A stretch of DNA of 60,602 nucleotides from Gnetum montanum (Eukaryota; Plantae; Gnetophyta): assembly GCA_015680685.1 (NCBI GenBank), contig MNCI01000266.1:333439-394040 (forward strand), given 5' to 3'. The position numbers and the translations under genes were made by a program. Shown here in pieces: positions 42,951-53,800 of the stretch (positions within the stretch are counted from its first letter, which is position 1; every line of letters starts with the position of its first letter). A model generated the notes under the pieces. The model saw only the letters and a list, made by a program, of their open reading frames with translations. It did not search any database and was not told where the DNA came from.

Positions 42951-43583
42951 TTTCTTTTTCTTTCTTAGGAATAGTGTGTGTAGGTCTTCTACCCTTTTTG
43001 GAAGTTTTGGGTGTATATTTTGATGTAGGAGGAGAATCTATGTATAAATCATAGATCTTTATGGATTGAGTTTTCTTCTTTTTCTCAAAGGTTGTTGCAC
43101 TTGCTTGTTTTTTCTTAGGGATACAAATTTTATGAATTTCCTTCAGATCTTGTTGTAGTTCCTAATCTCAGCATAATTCAAGGTATTCTAATCACTAATA
43201 TGAGATAATTTACTATGAGTCCAATTATGTAATTTAACAATATCAGAAGGGAATTCTACCAATGATTTATATTATAGCATATGTATAGTTTCTTTTTGTT
43301 CTTCAACTTGATTCATATTAATCCTTAGTAACTCATCACATTCAACACATATGAGATCCTTTTCTACCTTGTGAATATTTGTATGAGTACATTCATTTAG
43401 TTGAGAGCTACTACTAGGTGTAGGAAATGTCTCTTCTTCTGAAGAAGAAGTAGTGGCATCCTCTATCCTAGTTTTTCCTTTTTGGTTTATGACCATTTTC
43501 TCACATTTTTGTTTTATCAGTCTCCTTGGATCCATTTCAATTCCTATTTTTTTGAAAATACATTCCATTTTAGCTAGACTTTC

Positions 43584-43949
43584 TTAATCTAGAGTTTTCT
43601 TAGGTTTTTCAAATAGCTTTATGGATTTTGATTTGCTAGGTGCTAATGGATCATAAGGTAAAAATCTAGGTGGTTTTAATTCTACATAGTAGCATGTTTT
43701 CCTAGAAGGTGATTTGAATAGAGGTTTATTTGATTTTAAACAATCATAATAATTCTCTAGGGGATAATCTATATCTAGAAATAGTCTATGGATGGCTATT
43801 TCCACAAGGTGAATATACTGATGACCTCCTTTCTGCCATTTCTCTACCTCCCCTGGGTCAAAAAGTGTAAGAGCTATAGGAAGCAAACTAGACCCTATGA
43901 TACCTAGAATACACTCACTAATATGCATCAATTTAAAATATTCAAACAT
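43584..43949 (-). pseudogene. 30K-type movement protein remnant (internally deleted)
   Basis: LTLFDP..VEKWQKGGHQYIHL-VEIAIHRLF matches the N-terminal YIHxG-V-I-I-PL strand of caulimovirid MPs; the rest of the core is missing. Confidence 0.65.
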
Positions 43950-44239
43950 ATGGAGTGTATATTTAGGATAGATGTCTTTCTAGATAGGTGGTGGTGGTAA
44001 GATACTAGCATCATTGGAAGAGCAATATTGAGATAATCGCTGAATGTACAGAAAAGCAAAAACGGAACTTGGAGTTGGTTGTTTAGACATCTCAAAGCAT
44101 GACCACTACATGCTTGCATGACTTACATTCTTTCACCAACGATACTTACTATGTGACTTATAGCTTTATCCGATCGCATCAGTGCTGATATCTACATCCA
44201 CCCCTAGCACTGAAAAAAAATGAACCAATAGAACTTTGT

Positions 44240-44252
44240 GGCTCCAATACCA
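44240..44252 (-). promoter_or_regulatory. Viral tRNA-Met primer-binding site TGGTATTGGAGCC
   Basis: 11/13 match to TGGTATCAGAGCC, ~300 nt upstream of the MP-like ORF. Confidence 0.75.
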
Positions 44253-44253
44253 C

Positions 44254-45035
44254 TCTTATTCTTTCCTATGTATGTTTCAATCTTTTGGGTACTAGAGATA
44301 TCTCTTAGAATTCCATAAGATGTCTTAGTTGAGCTTGCAAGTGATTGGGATGTCTTACTATTTAGACTAATGTCTTAGGTGAGACGTCTCACTAAAACCT
44401 AAGACATTTCAAATGAGATGTCTCAACTATGCATGAGACGTTTTAGGCAAGACGTATTGCAAGTGGATGAGATTTTTGGGCTTTCAAGAGAGGAATATTG
44501 TAAAAATANCATCTAAAAAATATCAAGTTAAATTGAGGAAAGGATTCTAGGATTTTTATCTTCTATTTTAACATAAATATTAATGTATTCATCATTATTT
44601 GTACTATGAGTGAGATAAAAAGAACTTAAGAGTGAAGAGATGAGTAAGAGAGTGTGGGTGAGCATATTAAGTGAGTGCAATTGGTGAGTATAGCTTCAAG
44701 ATTAGCTTGTGGTGTATTGGTATTTATCTTCTATTCTTTTGTATGTCACTTATGAGTTGAAGATCTCAATTATGGTTGTAAAAGAAATTTTCTATTGGTT
44801 GTGTCTTGCATTGAGAACATCCATTTTATCCTTGTAGAACCTCACACTTTGCAACATCATTTGAGTGTGATAGGTTTTGGATGTTTGTGGATTTTGTGAA
44901 CCTTGTTTTTAATCTCTTAATTAAAATATTTAAAGATATGTATTTTTTTTCTAGCAAATAAGTTTTATCTTTGCATAATATCTAGATTTAGTATTCGAAG
45001 ATGATTTAATTTTGGAGTGAACCTACTCTACATAA
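44254..45035 (+). repeat. 3' LTR of the CRM-like element, missing its first ~25 bp
   Basis: Aligns with 28426-29300 plus 33529-33610; lacks the tandem insertion (empty site near 44950); internal deletion near the N at 44509. Confidence 0.85.
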
Positions 45036-45235
45036 TGTAGCCTTCATTAGGAGCACCAACATTATTAAGATTGGTTTTGGTTTATGCAATTATTTAAAGT
45101 ATTTTACATGTTTATGCATTATGTTGGATTTATTTTAAGTATTTATTAATTATTTTCATTATGCTACCATGTATTTTGTAGCTTAGGTATTGTTTATACA
45201 TTATTTTGTAAGTTCTACTAATGTTTTCTTTGTAG

Positions 45236-46650
45236 CAAGAAACTTCTTGTCTTCCTCAATGCAAGAAGACTTGTATGCAGGGATAGGCATTAGCATTAGT
45301 AGATTTGATAGCACAAAGATGTGATCAAGAGACATAATAGGAGCATTTCCATAGGGAGTTGATCAAGCATCTCTAGCATGAGTAGAGGGAGGTGAAGTTC
45401 TCTATGGTGGTATTGAAGTCATCTAGGAACTTCAAGCCTCTTATGGAGCTCATCAACTCAACAGTTACTACATTCCTAATGCTTCACAATCTTGATTTTT
45501 TATTGATGAGAGATATTCCATTCTATGAGTAGAAGAAACATTAGTTTTATTTAATGTTTTAGAGAATCTTATCTACATCTTGAACCTTCAAGGTTGATGG
45601 AAGGTCCTATGCCATCAGTAAGGCTCTTGTTAATTAGGTTCTTGACATATAGGTTGGAGCAAATTGACAACACTTTATGATACCATTTTTGGAGAGGAAG
45701 ACTCAGTTGACTAAGCTTTTTCCTGAAGTTATGATGGATGAGATAAGGTGATCCTACAAGAACCTTTCTTTGAAGAGGAAGGTTCTTGCTAGGTTAGTGA
45801 TGATAAATGTCTTGGGTAGTTCTTAGTTCACACATATCATGTCATTTGGCATGCTAGTTATGGGTGACTTTGAGGATCCTTGTACCTTCAACTATCCATT
45901 CATCATTCTATCTTGGATGAAGTTGGTTTTCTAAGATGCCAATTGGATCCCTTTTCCATTAGTGATCTCCACATTGTATTTTCACTTCTAGATTTAGCCA
46001 CTAGCCTTACACATTAAGGAGATTATTATATGGGGTAAGGACTAGTTTCCAAATCTAGGTGCATTTTTTATACTCAGAAGCTGCCCCAAACATGATATGA
46101 GGAGGTTGGGTGGATTCCTAACTTGTGTGTCCTTGGTGACAAGGGCAAGGCTACTTGGAAGGACTATTATGTGGAGAAGTAGTAGCAATAGTCCCAATAA
46201 CATGGTGTAGCAGGTGGTGATTAGGCTTTGGTATGAGCTAAAGCATAGATCATGACCTGTTTGGATGCATTTCAGGCCAATCTCCTTACACATTGTAATG
46301 AAATGGAGACTTGTTTGCATGGCTAATGTGATTGGTTAGAGAAAAGGTGGTATCAACTAGCCTCCAATGTAAAGATCCTTAGTTATCACATTTTCTCCCA
46401 ACTAAGGAAGTTGTGGTACTCTTTTAGCCTTTTGGAGGTTGGAAAATAAGTGAACTAAGAATTCATATAGATGGGCTTACTATCACTGATAGTGAGCAAT
46501 ATCAACCATCTGGCCCTATGGAATTTATGGATGATGAAGTTATGGAGGAGGATTTTATGAGCGAGAAGCTTGGAGAAGGTGCTTCTAAACCTTACTGTTT
46601 ATTAGAGGCTCTTGTAACCCCTCCAGGATATGTCTTAGCTCCTCCATCCT
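45236..46650 (+). pseudogene. Decayed extra ORF of the Athila-like element (env-like position)
   Basis: Branch point CTACTAAT, pyrimidine tract and TAG acceptor ending at 45235; coding-like composition with many stops; acidic C-terminus in ORF 46518. Confidence 0.45.
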
Positions 46651-46823
46651 GGGCATGTTATTTTTTATTCCTCTATCCCTTATCATCTTTTTATATACTA
46701 ATGAGCTATTATGATACATGTGTGTTGATATTATGCTATGTCTCATTTATTGTTTTGTTCATAAATTCATGTGCATTCTTCCACTCTCTTTTATTGGGAT
46801 GATAAATAGTTACTTGGGGATTA

Positions 46824-47330
46824 TGTTAGGATATGAATTAATGCTTCTTTTGACTTGGTTCTTTAACTATTTTGATTAGGACAAGTAGTTGTGACCTTAT
46901 TTGATACACAGCTAGTCGCAACTCATAGTCATAGGCTAGGAGTTGGACCTTTAATAATGAGAATAATCTTTAAACTCCAAAAGAAAGAGTGTCCATCCTA
47001 TGATAGTCGAAAGTGAAGTTCAGAAGGAGGAAGAAAGATGAAATAAGTAAAATTAGTTGGAAATAGATATGGGGTAGCACATGAAATTTGAATTCAAGTT
47101 TGGTGATGAACTACAAGCTCATGCAACCTACATCAACTCATAGCTCATAGAATTTCCACTAGTTGTAGCTTGCAGTCAATCACAATTTATTTCTTAGTAG
47201 AAATTAGAAGTTCATCAATGCAAGTCCCTATGACTTGTACATCTATCATGACCCATGGTAATTCCCTAAGAATAATTGATTATTTGACCATTATAATTTA
47301 ATTATTCAACTATTGGAAATGGATCACTAA
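46824..47330 (+). repeat. Truncated 3' LTR of the Athila-like element
   Basis: TGTTAGG start; aligns with 17800-18310. Confidence 0.8.
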
Positions 47331-47334
47331 GACA

Positions 47335-49361
47335 TTTTTTCCTTACATGAAATTCTTTCACTTAATATTGGGGCACCAGGTTCACCTACAAAAATGATCA
47401 TAGAAGACATAGCTATATGTTCATCATCTTTGATGGTTCTCAAGATTTAGGCCTATGATTAAGGATGATTAAAGGAATCTTTGAACATAATCATTATACT
47501 TAAAATATATTTCAAATTCATCCATGGTTTTGAAAATTTTACCAAATTACAAATCAAAGAATATGAAACAAAGAAGAACAATAATAAGGCTCTCATGATG
47601 CTATTGGCTAGTGTCTTACAAGGTATTTCTAGTAGATGTAATCTTCATACTATTGCCAAATAATTATGGAATAATTTCTAATTATAATACAAGGAAGGCT
47701 TGGAAAATCAATAATTATAGTAACTAATCTACAAATAAACATTTGATACCCTAGAAATTGGAACAAATGAAAATGTTGAAGAATTTTATATTATAATGTA
47801 TGATAGCTTAGGAAAAATAAATGAATATAAATGTGAATATGTCAATAGGAAAAAGATTCAAAAACCTGCTCAAGGTCTCTATATAGATCCAAGATTTGAA
47901 ACATTATAGATAACATTACTCTTTGAAAGGGCTTCAACATGCTTAGTATCAATGAAATAATTGAACAAGTCAAAATCCTATAAATTATAAAGAATAATAA
48001 ATAATCTACTGGATATGATTAAGCTCATATAAATAACCAAATAAGAAGAGGTAGGGAAGAAATATTTAGAGGAAACGTAAGATTCAATTATGAAAATAGA
48101 GATAAAGAAACAGACTCAAATGAAAATGGTGGTCAAAATACAAGAGGAAGAGGAAGAGGTAGATGGAATCAATTTGGAAAACAAAGATAATATCAAGACT
48201 TAGTAACATATTGCAACTTCCACAAAAGAAAAGGCCATACTATTGATCAATGTTAGAATAGAATTTATTTTAAAACAATACGTGGACAAAATTTACAAAT
48301 GGAACAAGATACTTTCTCATCATCTCAAAAGAATATTCATGAAGAAGAGCTAGATAACTATGCAGCCTTGAATTTAATTAAAGAAATAAAGAAAAATTAT
48401 TTCATTGTATATAGTGGGTTCTCTAATCACATGACACCTTACAAATATTATCTTTTAAATTACAAGCCAAATAATAGTCTTGGCAACATCAAAATTAGAG
48501 ATAGAAAATACATAGTCATAGAAGGAATAGGAGATTATGTAGTTAAATTAAAAAATGGGCAAAAAGTCATCATTTCAAATGTGTATTGTGTTCCTAATAT
48601 TTTAAACTCTCTTATCTCTATTAGACAAGTCTCTACTGAAGGAAATAGTGTTAGTTTTAAAAGTAATTTTTGAATCATCAACAAATCCAATGGTGAAGAA
48701 ATTGTAAAAATTAAAACCTTAAATAACAAAATATATTTCCTTGAATGTGACTATGTCAATGAAAAACCATACATCATAAGCAACATAATACTTAAGAAAA
48801 GCATGTCCTTACAACATAAGCTAGTCAAATCCCAAGCAACGACAAATTAAAGGAAAAGAATAATGAGAATTTTAGCAAGTGCAAGCTTTGATATGAAAGG
48901 CTTGGTCATACCTCTTATCACAAAATTTAAAGAATGATCAAACAAAGAAAAAGCTATAGGAATAAAAATTTGAGATATTTCATAAGAAAAATTTGAGACT
49001 TGCGTAGAATAAAATAAAACTAGTTCTCCTTACAACTCTCACATAATAGAAAAAGAAAAATTATTTGATCTCCTACACATGAATTTTTTTGGGCCAATGC
49101 TCACTATTTTAATAGGATAGGAAAATTATTTCATGACCATAGTAGAAAACCACTTGAGATACACTTGGACTTATAATTTGAAGCAAAAGGATGAAGCCAT
49201 CAAAAACTTTGAAACTTTCCACAGATTAATTTAAAATTTCATGAATGTTCATATGAAGGTCATTAGAATAGAAAAAGTAGCTAAATTCATAAATAAAAAA
49301 TTTCATAAGTTTTATAAAGAAAATTGTGTCATTTATTAGATCAAATGTTGATATAGCTTGC
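47335..49361 (+). pseudogene. Ty1/copia gag-protease-integrase fragment
   Basis: Knuckle CNFHKRKGHTIDQC; protease YSGFSNHMT (DSG.SNHMT); pre-integrase YERLGH; INT LFDLLHMNFFGPM..RYTWTY.LKQKDEA; copia domain order. Confidence 0.88.
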
Positions 49362-49557
49362 TGATGAGTGGTGAGATACCCCTACACTCAACCATACGAA
49401 TACGAGCGTTTCACGCACAATCCGGTTGAACTCCACAAACAGGCTAGTTTTGGTTTCTAGATAGTTACTCGATGATCATAGTTCCCTATCTTCCAACCTA
49501 GACTAGTATTTTCTTTATCATGTATGGTTGAGTATAGGGGTATCTCGCCACTCATCA
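49362..49557. repeat. Fold-back LTR end: two U5 termini in inverted orientation (~36-bp arms), followed by a tRNA-Asp-type PBS (49559-49576) and 5' leader
   Basis: TGATGAGTGGTGAGATACCCCTACACTCAACCATAC ... GTATGGTTGAGTATAGGGGTATCTCGCCACTCATCA-T-TGGCACCATTGTCGAGGA; same family as the 2641/8907 LTRs. Confidence 0.85.
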
Positions 49558-49869
49558 TTGGCACCATTGTCGAGGATGTGCTAGTTATCTAGATTAGTTA
49601 CATAATATAAGATCGTTGTAACAGAGTATTAACGATATATCTTTCAGGAAAAAATTATAATAAATAATAATAATAATTGCAATTAAATCACACATAAATT
49701 TACAACCATGTCTCTCTCACAAGACTCTAACAACACAACAACCAGTAAGGTAATTCATTAGAGAACCAACAAATTATATAATGATGAAGATGAAGTTTGG
49801 AGTACCCAATCTAATGTAGGGATCTCCTAAGAGTATAAATGCAAACAACATTGTCCCAACTCACAACTA

Positions 49870-49980
49870 CATAACTGTTGGCCACCGTTTGGGACACGAC
49901 CGCCAATGAGTGTCCTCGAAAAGGATTTAGGTGCCTGCTGGTCTCTGGCAACACCAAGGCCCAGATACCTCCAAATAACT
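49870..49980 (-). repeat. Young CpG-rich repeat end running into the assembly gap
   Basis: Reverse complement of window positions 1-89. Confidence 0.7.
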
Positions 49981-50724
49981 NNNNNNNNNNNNNNNNNNNN
50001 NNNNNNNNNNNNNNNNNNNNNNNNNNNNNNNNNNNNNNNNNNNNNNNNNNNNNNNNNNNNNNNNNNNNNNNNNNNNNNNNNNNNNNNNNNNNNNNNNNNN
50101 NNNNNNNNNNNNNNNNNNNNNNNNNNNNNNNNNNNNNNNNNNNNNNNNNNNNNNNNNNNNNNNNNNNNNNNNNNNNNNNNNNNNNNNNNNNNNNNNNNNN
50201 NNNNNNNNNNNNNNNNNNNNNNNNNNNNNNNNNNNNNNNNNNNNNNNNNNNNNNNNNNNNNNNNNNNNNNNNNNNNNNNNNNNNNNNNNNNNNNNNNNNN
50301 NNNNNNNNNNNNNNNNNNNNNNNNNNNNNNNNNNNNNNNNNNNNNNNNNNNNNNNNNNNNNNNNNNNNNNNNNNNNNNNNNNNNNNNNNNNNNNNNNNNN
50401 NNNNNNNNNNNNNNNNNNNNNNNNNNNNNNNNNNNNNNNNNNNNNNNNNNNNNNNNNNNNNNNNNNNNNNNNNNNNNNNNNNNNNNNNNNNNNNNNNNNN
50501 NNNNNNNNNNNNNNNNNNNNNNNNNNNNNNNNNNNNNNNNNNNNNNNNNNNNNNNNNNNNNNNNNNNNNNNNNNNNNNNNNNNNNNNNNNNNNNNNNNNN
50601 NNNNNNNNNNNNNNNNNNNNNNNNNNNNNNNNNNNNNNNNNNNNNNNNNNNNNNNNNNNNNNNNNNNNNNNNNNNNNNNNNNNNNNNNNNNNNNNNNNNN
50701 NNNNNNNNNNNNNNNNNNNNNNNN
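49981..50724. other. Assembly gap (744 N)
   Basis: Run of N. Confidence 1.
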
Positions 50725-51292
50725 AGGACCATAACAAAGAGGCTGAAATCTTTATTCTAGCAAGCCATCTTGCAAACAATCTTCTTTACAAATCTTCCAA
50801 GTGTGATGATGATGCTCCTTCTTGTTCCCTCATCCCCCGCCTTGAAGCCTATTTATAGGATTCCAAGGTAGGTAGGGAAGTTACATTTTTGAAAATATCT
50901 CACCTAACTTCTCTCTCAAGTAACTTGACTAACCAATCAGAAAATTGCTTATCCAACAAGTTAGGAAGTTACTTGCCCAACAAGTTAGGTAAGATACAAT
51001 AATTTTGGGAGGTTGCAACCACAAAAGAGATAAAAAAGCTACAATGGACAAGTGGTCTTGGTGGTTACAACATCATTAAAATACAATTTCTAAAATATAT
51101 GGAGGTATATATCCTTTTAATTTTGCTTCTCCAACATACGATGTTAAGTCTTCTAAATGATGTACAAGGAAATTGCAATTCTCAAATATTCAAAAATATC
51201 TTCAAAAATATCTCTCCTAACTTTTCTCTCAAGTAACCTCACTAACCAATTAGAAGATTACTTTCTCAACAAATTAGGAGAAAGTTACAACA
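50725..51292 (-). repeat. LTR-like fragment with a partial internal duplication
   Basis: CTATAAATAGG on the minus strand near 50849-50859; GTTACAACA ends at 51072 and 51292; 50892-50970 repeated at 51206-51290. Confidence 0.5.
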
Positions 51293-51479
51293 GTTTTAGA
51301 TAGTTATGAAGGAAAATCTGCAACTTACAAGTGTTTATATCATTTATTATACAAGAATCTGGTCTTTTGTTGTTTTTGTTGTTTTTTAAATATAGTTTAA
51401 AATAATTATCTTTGAGGCTATGTTATCATTTCATGTTTTTTTTTTTAGAAATATGATAAGTTATAACATTGATTTCGTA

Positions 51480-52300
51480 TGAAGGGTGAATACATCGTAA
51501 ACGTGAACCGCTTTGCCCCGCTTGCTCCTGCTACGCGCGCTCCCTTCGCGATTTGTGTGCTCTCGATGCCCAACTGCTCTGCATCAAGTTTTTAAAAGTT
51601 GTGATTACCGCTGTTGCTAAAACCCTGTCGCCGCCTTCTCCACCTCTTCCGCGTTCATCATGATCGTGTGTCATCTACTCCCACAAACACAGTTTGCGGT
51701 TGAAACGGCTGTCCGGGGTTTCAAGCAAAGGCGTAGGCATGACAACCGGCTGCATTCTGGCCTTGCTGTATTCTTTTTGTTTTTGATAACCCTTGTTCAG
51801 AAAACGCAGCTCACTGTGAAAGCAGAACAGAGAAGCCCTCCATGACAAGTGTTTGACGAAATTATAAATCAAATGTGAAGTGATTTCTTGGCATTTTCTT
51901 GCTCAATTCCAGCAGCTAGCATCATTACATTTTTGTTGCATCGATACTGCGTTTTTTGTATTTCTTTCTTGTGGTGTTTGACCCTATTGCTGCAAGTTCC
52001 AGTAATTGTTTTCTGGCAAAGCAATGTTCACAGAGAATGGGGATTCCAGTAACAAAGTGCTGAGGAAACCTGTTCCTGTCTATCCACATAAACGTTTACT
52101 TTTGCACAGTATATTGTTTGAAACTGTTCTGTGAAATGATGAATTGCTATATTCTCATGGTCTCTTATAATAATACAAGCACCTCTCTCATTCTGCAGCA
52201 TTTGCTTATAGAGAAATATATTCTCAACCTTTACAGAGGAAATACTTCACCCTGCCCGGACTGCTGAATTTGCAGTATTCATAAACTAACCTCATTGAAT
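51480..52300. other. CpG-retaining, non-TE-like segment (possible host gene 5' region)
   Basis: Abrupt rise in CG and CAG/CTG content relative to flanks; no recognisable protein. Confidence 0.4.
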
Positions 52301-52479
52301 TATAAAGTGGAACAACATATTGATGATTTTGTATTTCTCAACCAAGCTTTTCTCATATGTGTTTTTCCTAAAAATATGAGAATGTCTTTGTGTACTTATT
52401 CTCTTTTTTTAAAAAAAAAAAACTGAAAATCAAGCTACTTCTTCACAAATTCTTAAGTAATTGAAGTCTGCTCCATGAA

Positions 52480-53800
52480 ATGGCAAAATGTGACAACAAT
52501 AACATACCTAGTGATGATGAACCCCTACTAGCCACTACAAGCCTAACAGATATAAAAGAGGCTATTCAAATATCCTACAGGCATCGCAAGGAAAGCTGTC
52601 TACCCAAGCTTAACTTAAAAAAATTTCCCAAGTTCTTAGGAGGCTATGAATTAGATTGGTAACATTTACGAGCCTTCTATGATGTGTGCGCATGGAACAA
52701 TATTAATAATGGATGGCAACAACTTAAGCTCTTTTCTATGACACTCATTGGCCATGCAAAAGTATGGTACATGTCATTAAAACCAAAATCAATCTGACGT
52801 TGGCCAACAATGTTAGAGCTCTTCTATGAAAGATATCAAACTTATGCAAGGTTGTCATCCTTGAGGAGAAAAATCCAAGAATGTAAACAAGGGCAACATG
52901 AAACCTTGGACATGGCCTTAGAAAGCTATTACACACTGTTAAACAACTACCCAGGCCATGAGTTCTCTGAGGAAAGGCTAATGTAGCACATTATTGATGG
53001 GCTCCATAATGAAACAAGGGAGACCCTAGGGATGTATGATGGAGGCCAACTATATGAGCTACGAACCCATCAATTCCAAGAGCTTATCAAGAGGGTACCA
53101 AAAGAAGAAGGAGAAATGGCTAAATGGGAGAACATTGAAAAATCTCAATGGGCCCAAAACCTTAAATCAACAAGGGCCCATGATTATGAAGAGGAGAGAT
53201 CAACTCACCACAAGGAGTTGGAACCATCTTTGCTATTATTACAATCACTAGATGAAGTAGAGGAAAAGATCAATAAGATGATGGAATGGATGCATAAAAA
53301 GTGTGGAGAATATGCCAACATTATTGGAAGTAGAGTCATGACGAACCAAGAAGCAGGATGAAACACCTTTAGACAATTGAAAAGAAGGGTAGAAAAAAAA
53401 AGAACTTAACTACTAATCATATGCATCAATGCAACATTTGCCTATACGAACGCCCCAAGGGCCAATGTCCAATCTTGTCACAATTACAAGAGCATTGGGG
53501 AAGAGTGTTACATCCAGAGTTCATACAAAGATACTGTGTTCAATCACAATGGCAACAATCCTAGTCATGGGGGAGGCCATTTCCAAACTGGTTACACCCT
53601 TCATATCCAAACTGGTTACACCCTTCATATACTCCAACAACCATGGGGCCTAATGAATATAGCCACATGGGGGAAAATGTTGATCCTCGTAGCACAAGTA
53701 CCATAGTGGGTCAAATCCTTATAAATTAACCACATCTTATAACTTGCCCTACTATATCAACTCTAATCAAGTGTGTGAACCCCAATGGGGTAAGTATGAC
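52480..53800 (+). pseudogene. gag: Decayed gag
   Basis: QQLKLFSMTLIGHAKVWYMSLKPKSI.RWPTMLELFYERYQ..KQGQHETL..IDGLHNETRETLG. Confidence 0.85.

Larger units (their letters stand above)
37965..44252 (-). mobile_element. Endogenous caulimovirid (plant pararetrovirus), near-full-length and decayed
   Basis: Order PBS - MP remnant - capsid - AP - RT - RNaseH - ORF2 - TATA/intergenic; no integrase; caulimovirid RT motifs GKKRLVINYKPLN and QIQRFLGCINY; left boundary inferred. Confidence 0.92.
28400..45035 (+). mobile_element. CRM-like chromovirus (Ty3/gypsy) LTR retrotransposon with two nested insertions
   Basis: LTRs TGATGTAG...CTACAT(C)A: 5' 28400-33610 (split by the tandem element), 3' 44254-45035; PBS TGATATCAAAGCC 33612-33624; PPT-like AAGTGGGGGA 37955-37964; TSD not cleanly resolved. 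Confidence 0.82.
17800..47330 (+). mobile_element. Athila-like Ty3/gypsy element, expanded to ~29.5 kb by nested insertions; 3' LTR truncated
   Basis: 5' LTR 17800-18769 and homologous 3' LTR from 46824 preceded by PPT-like TTGGGGATTA; decayed PBS near 18772; gag-AP-RT-INT in 19100-25780. Confidence 0.8.

Noticed and set aside
28400-45035. Retrotransposon propagating the virus as stable cargo
   Set aside because: Sequence between PPT and U3 would be copied into both LTRs on replication, and the 5' LTR start is virus-free; no evidence of repeated mobilisation in this window
1-49960. A single 50-kb TIR-bounded giant transposon
   Set aside because: No transposase, interior fully explained by nested retroelements, and outer ends are not visible; two independent copies of a young repeat is simpler
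49811-50858. Four long ORFs of 284-326 aa
   Set aside because: Artefacts of translating through the N gap
53582-53629. Exact 24-bp tandem duplication in gag
   Set aside because: Ordinary slippage duplication in a pseudogene
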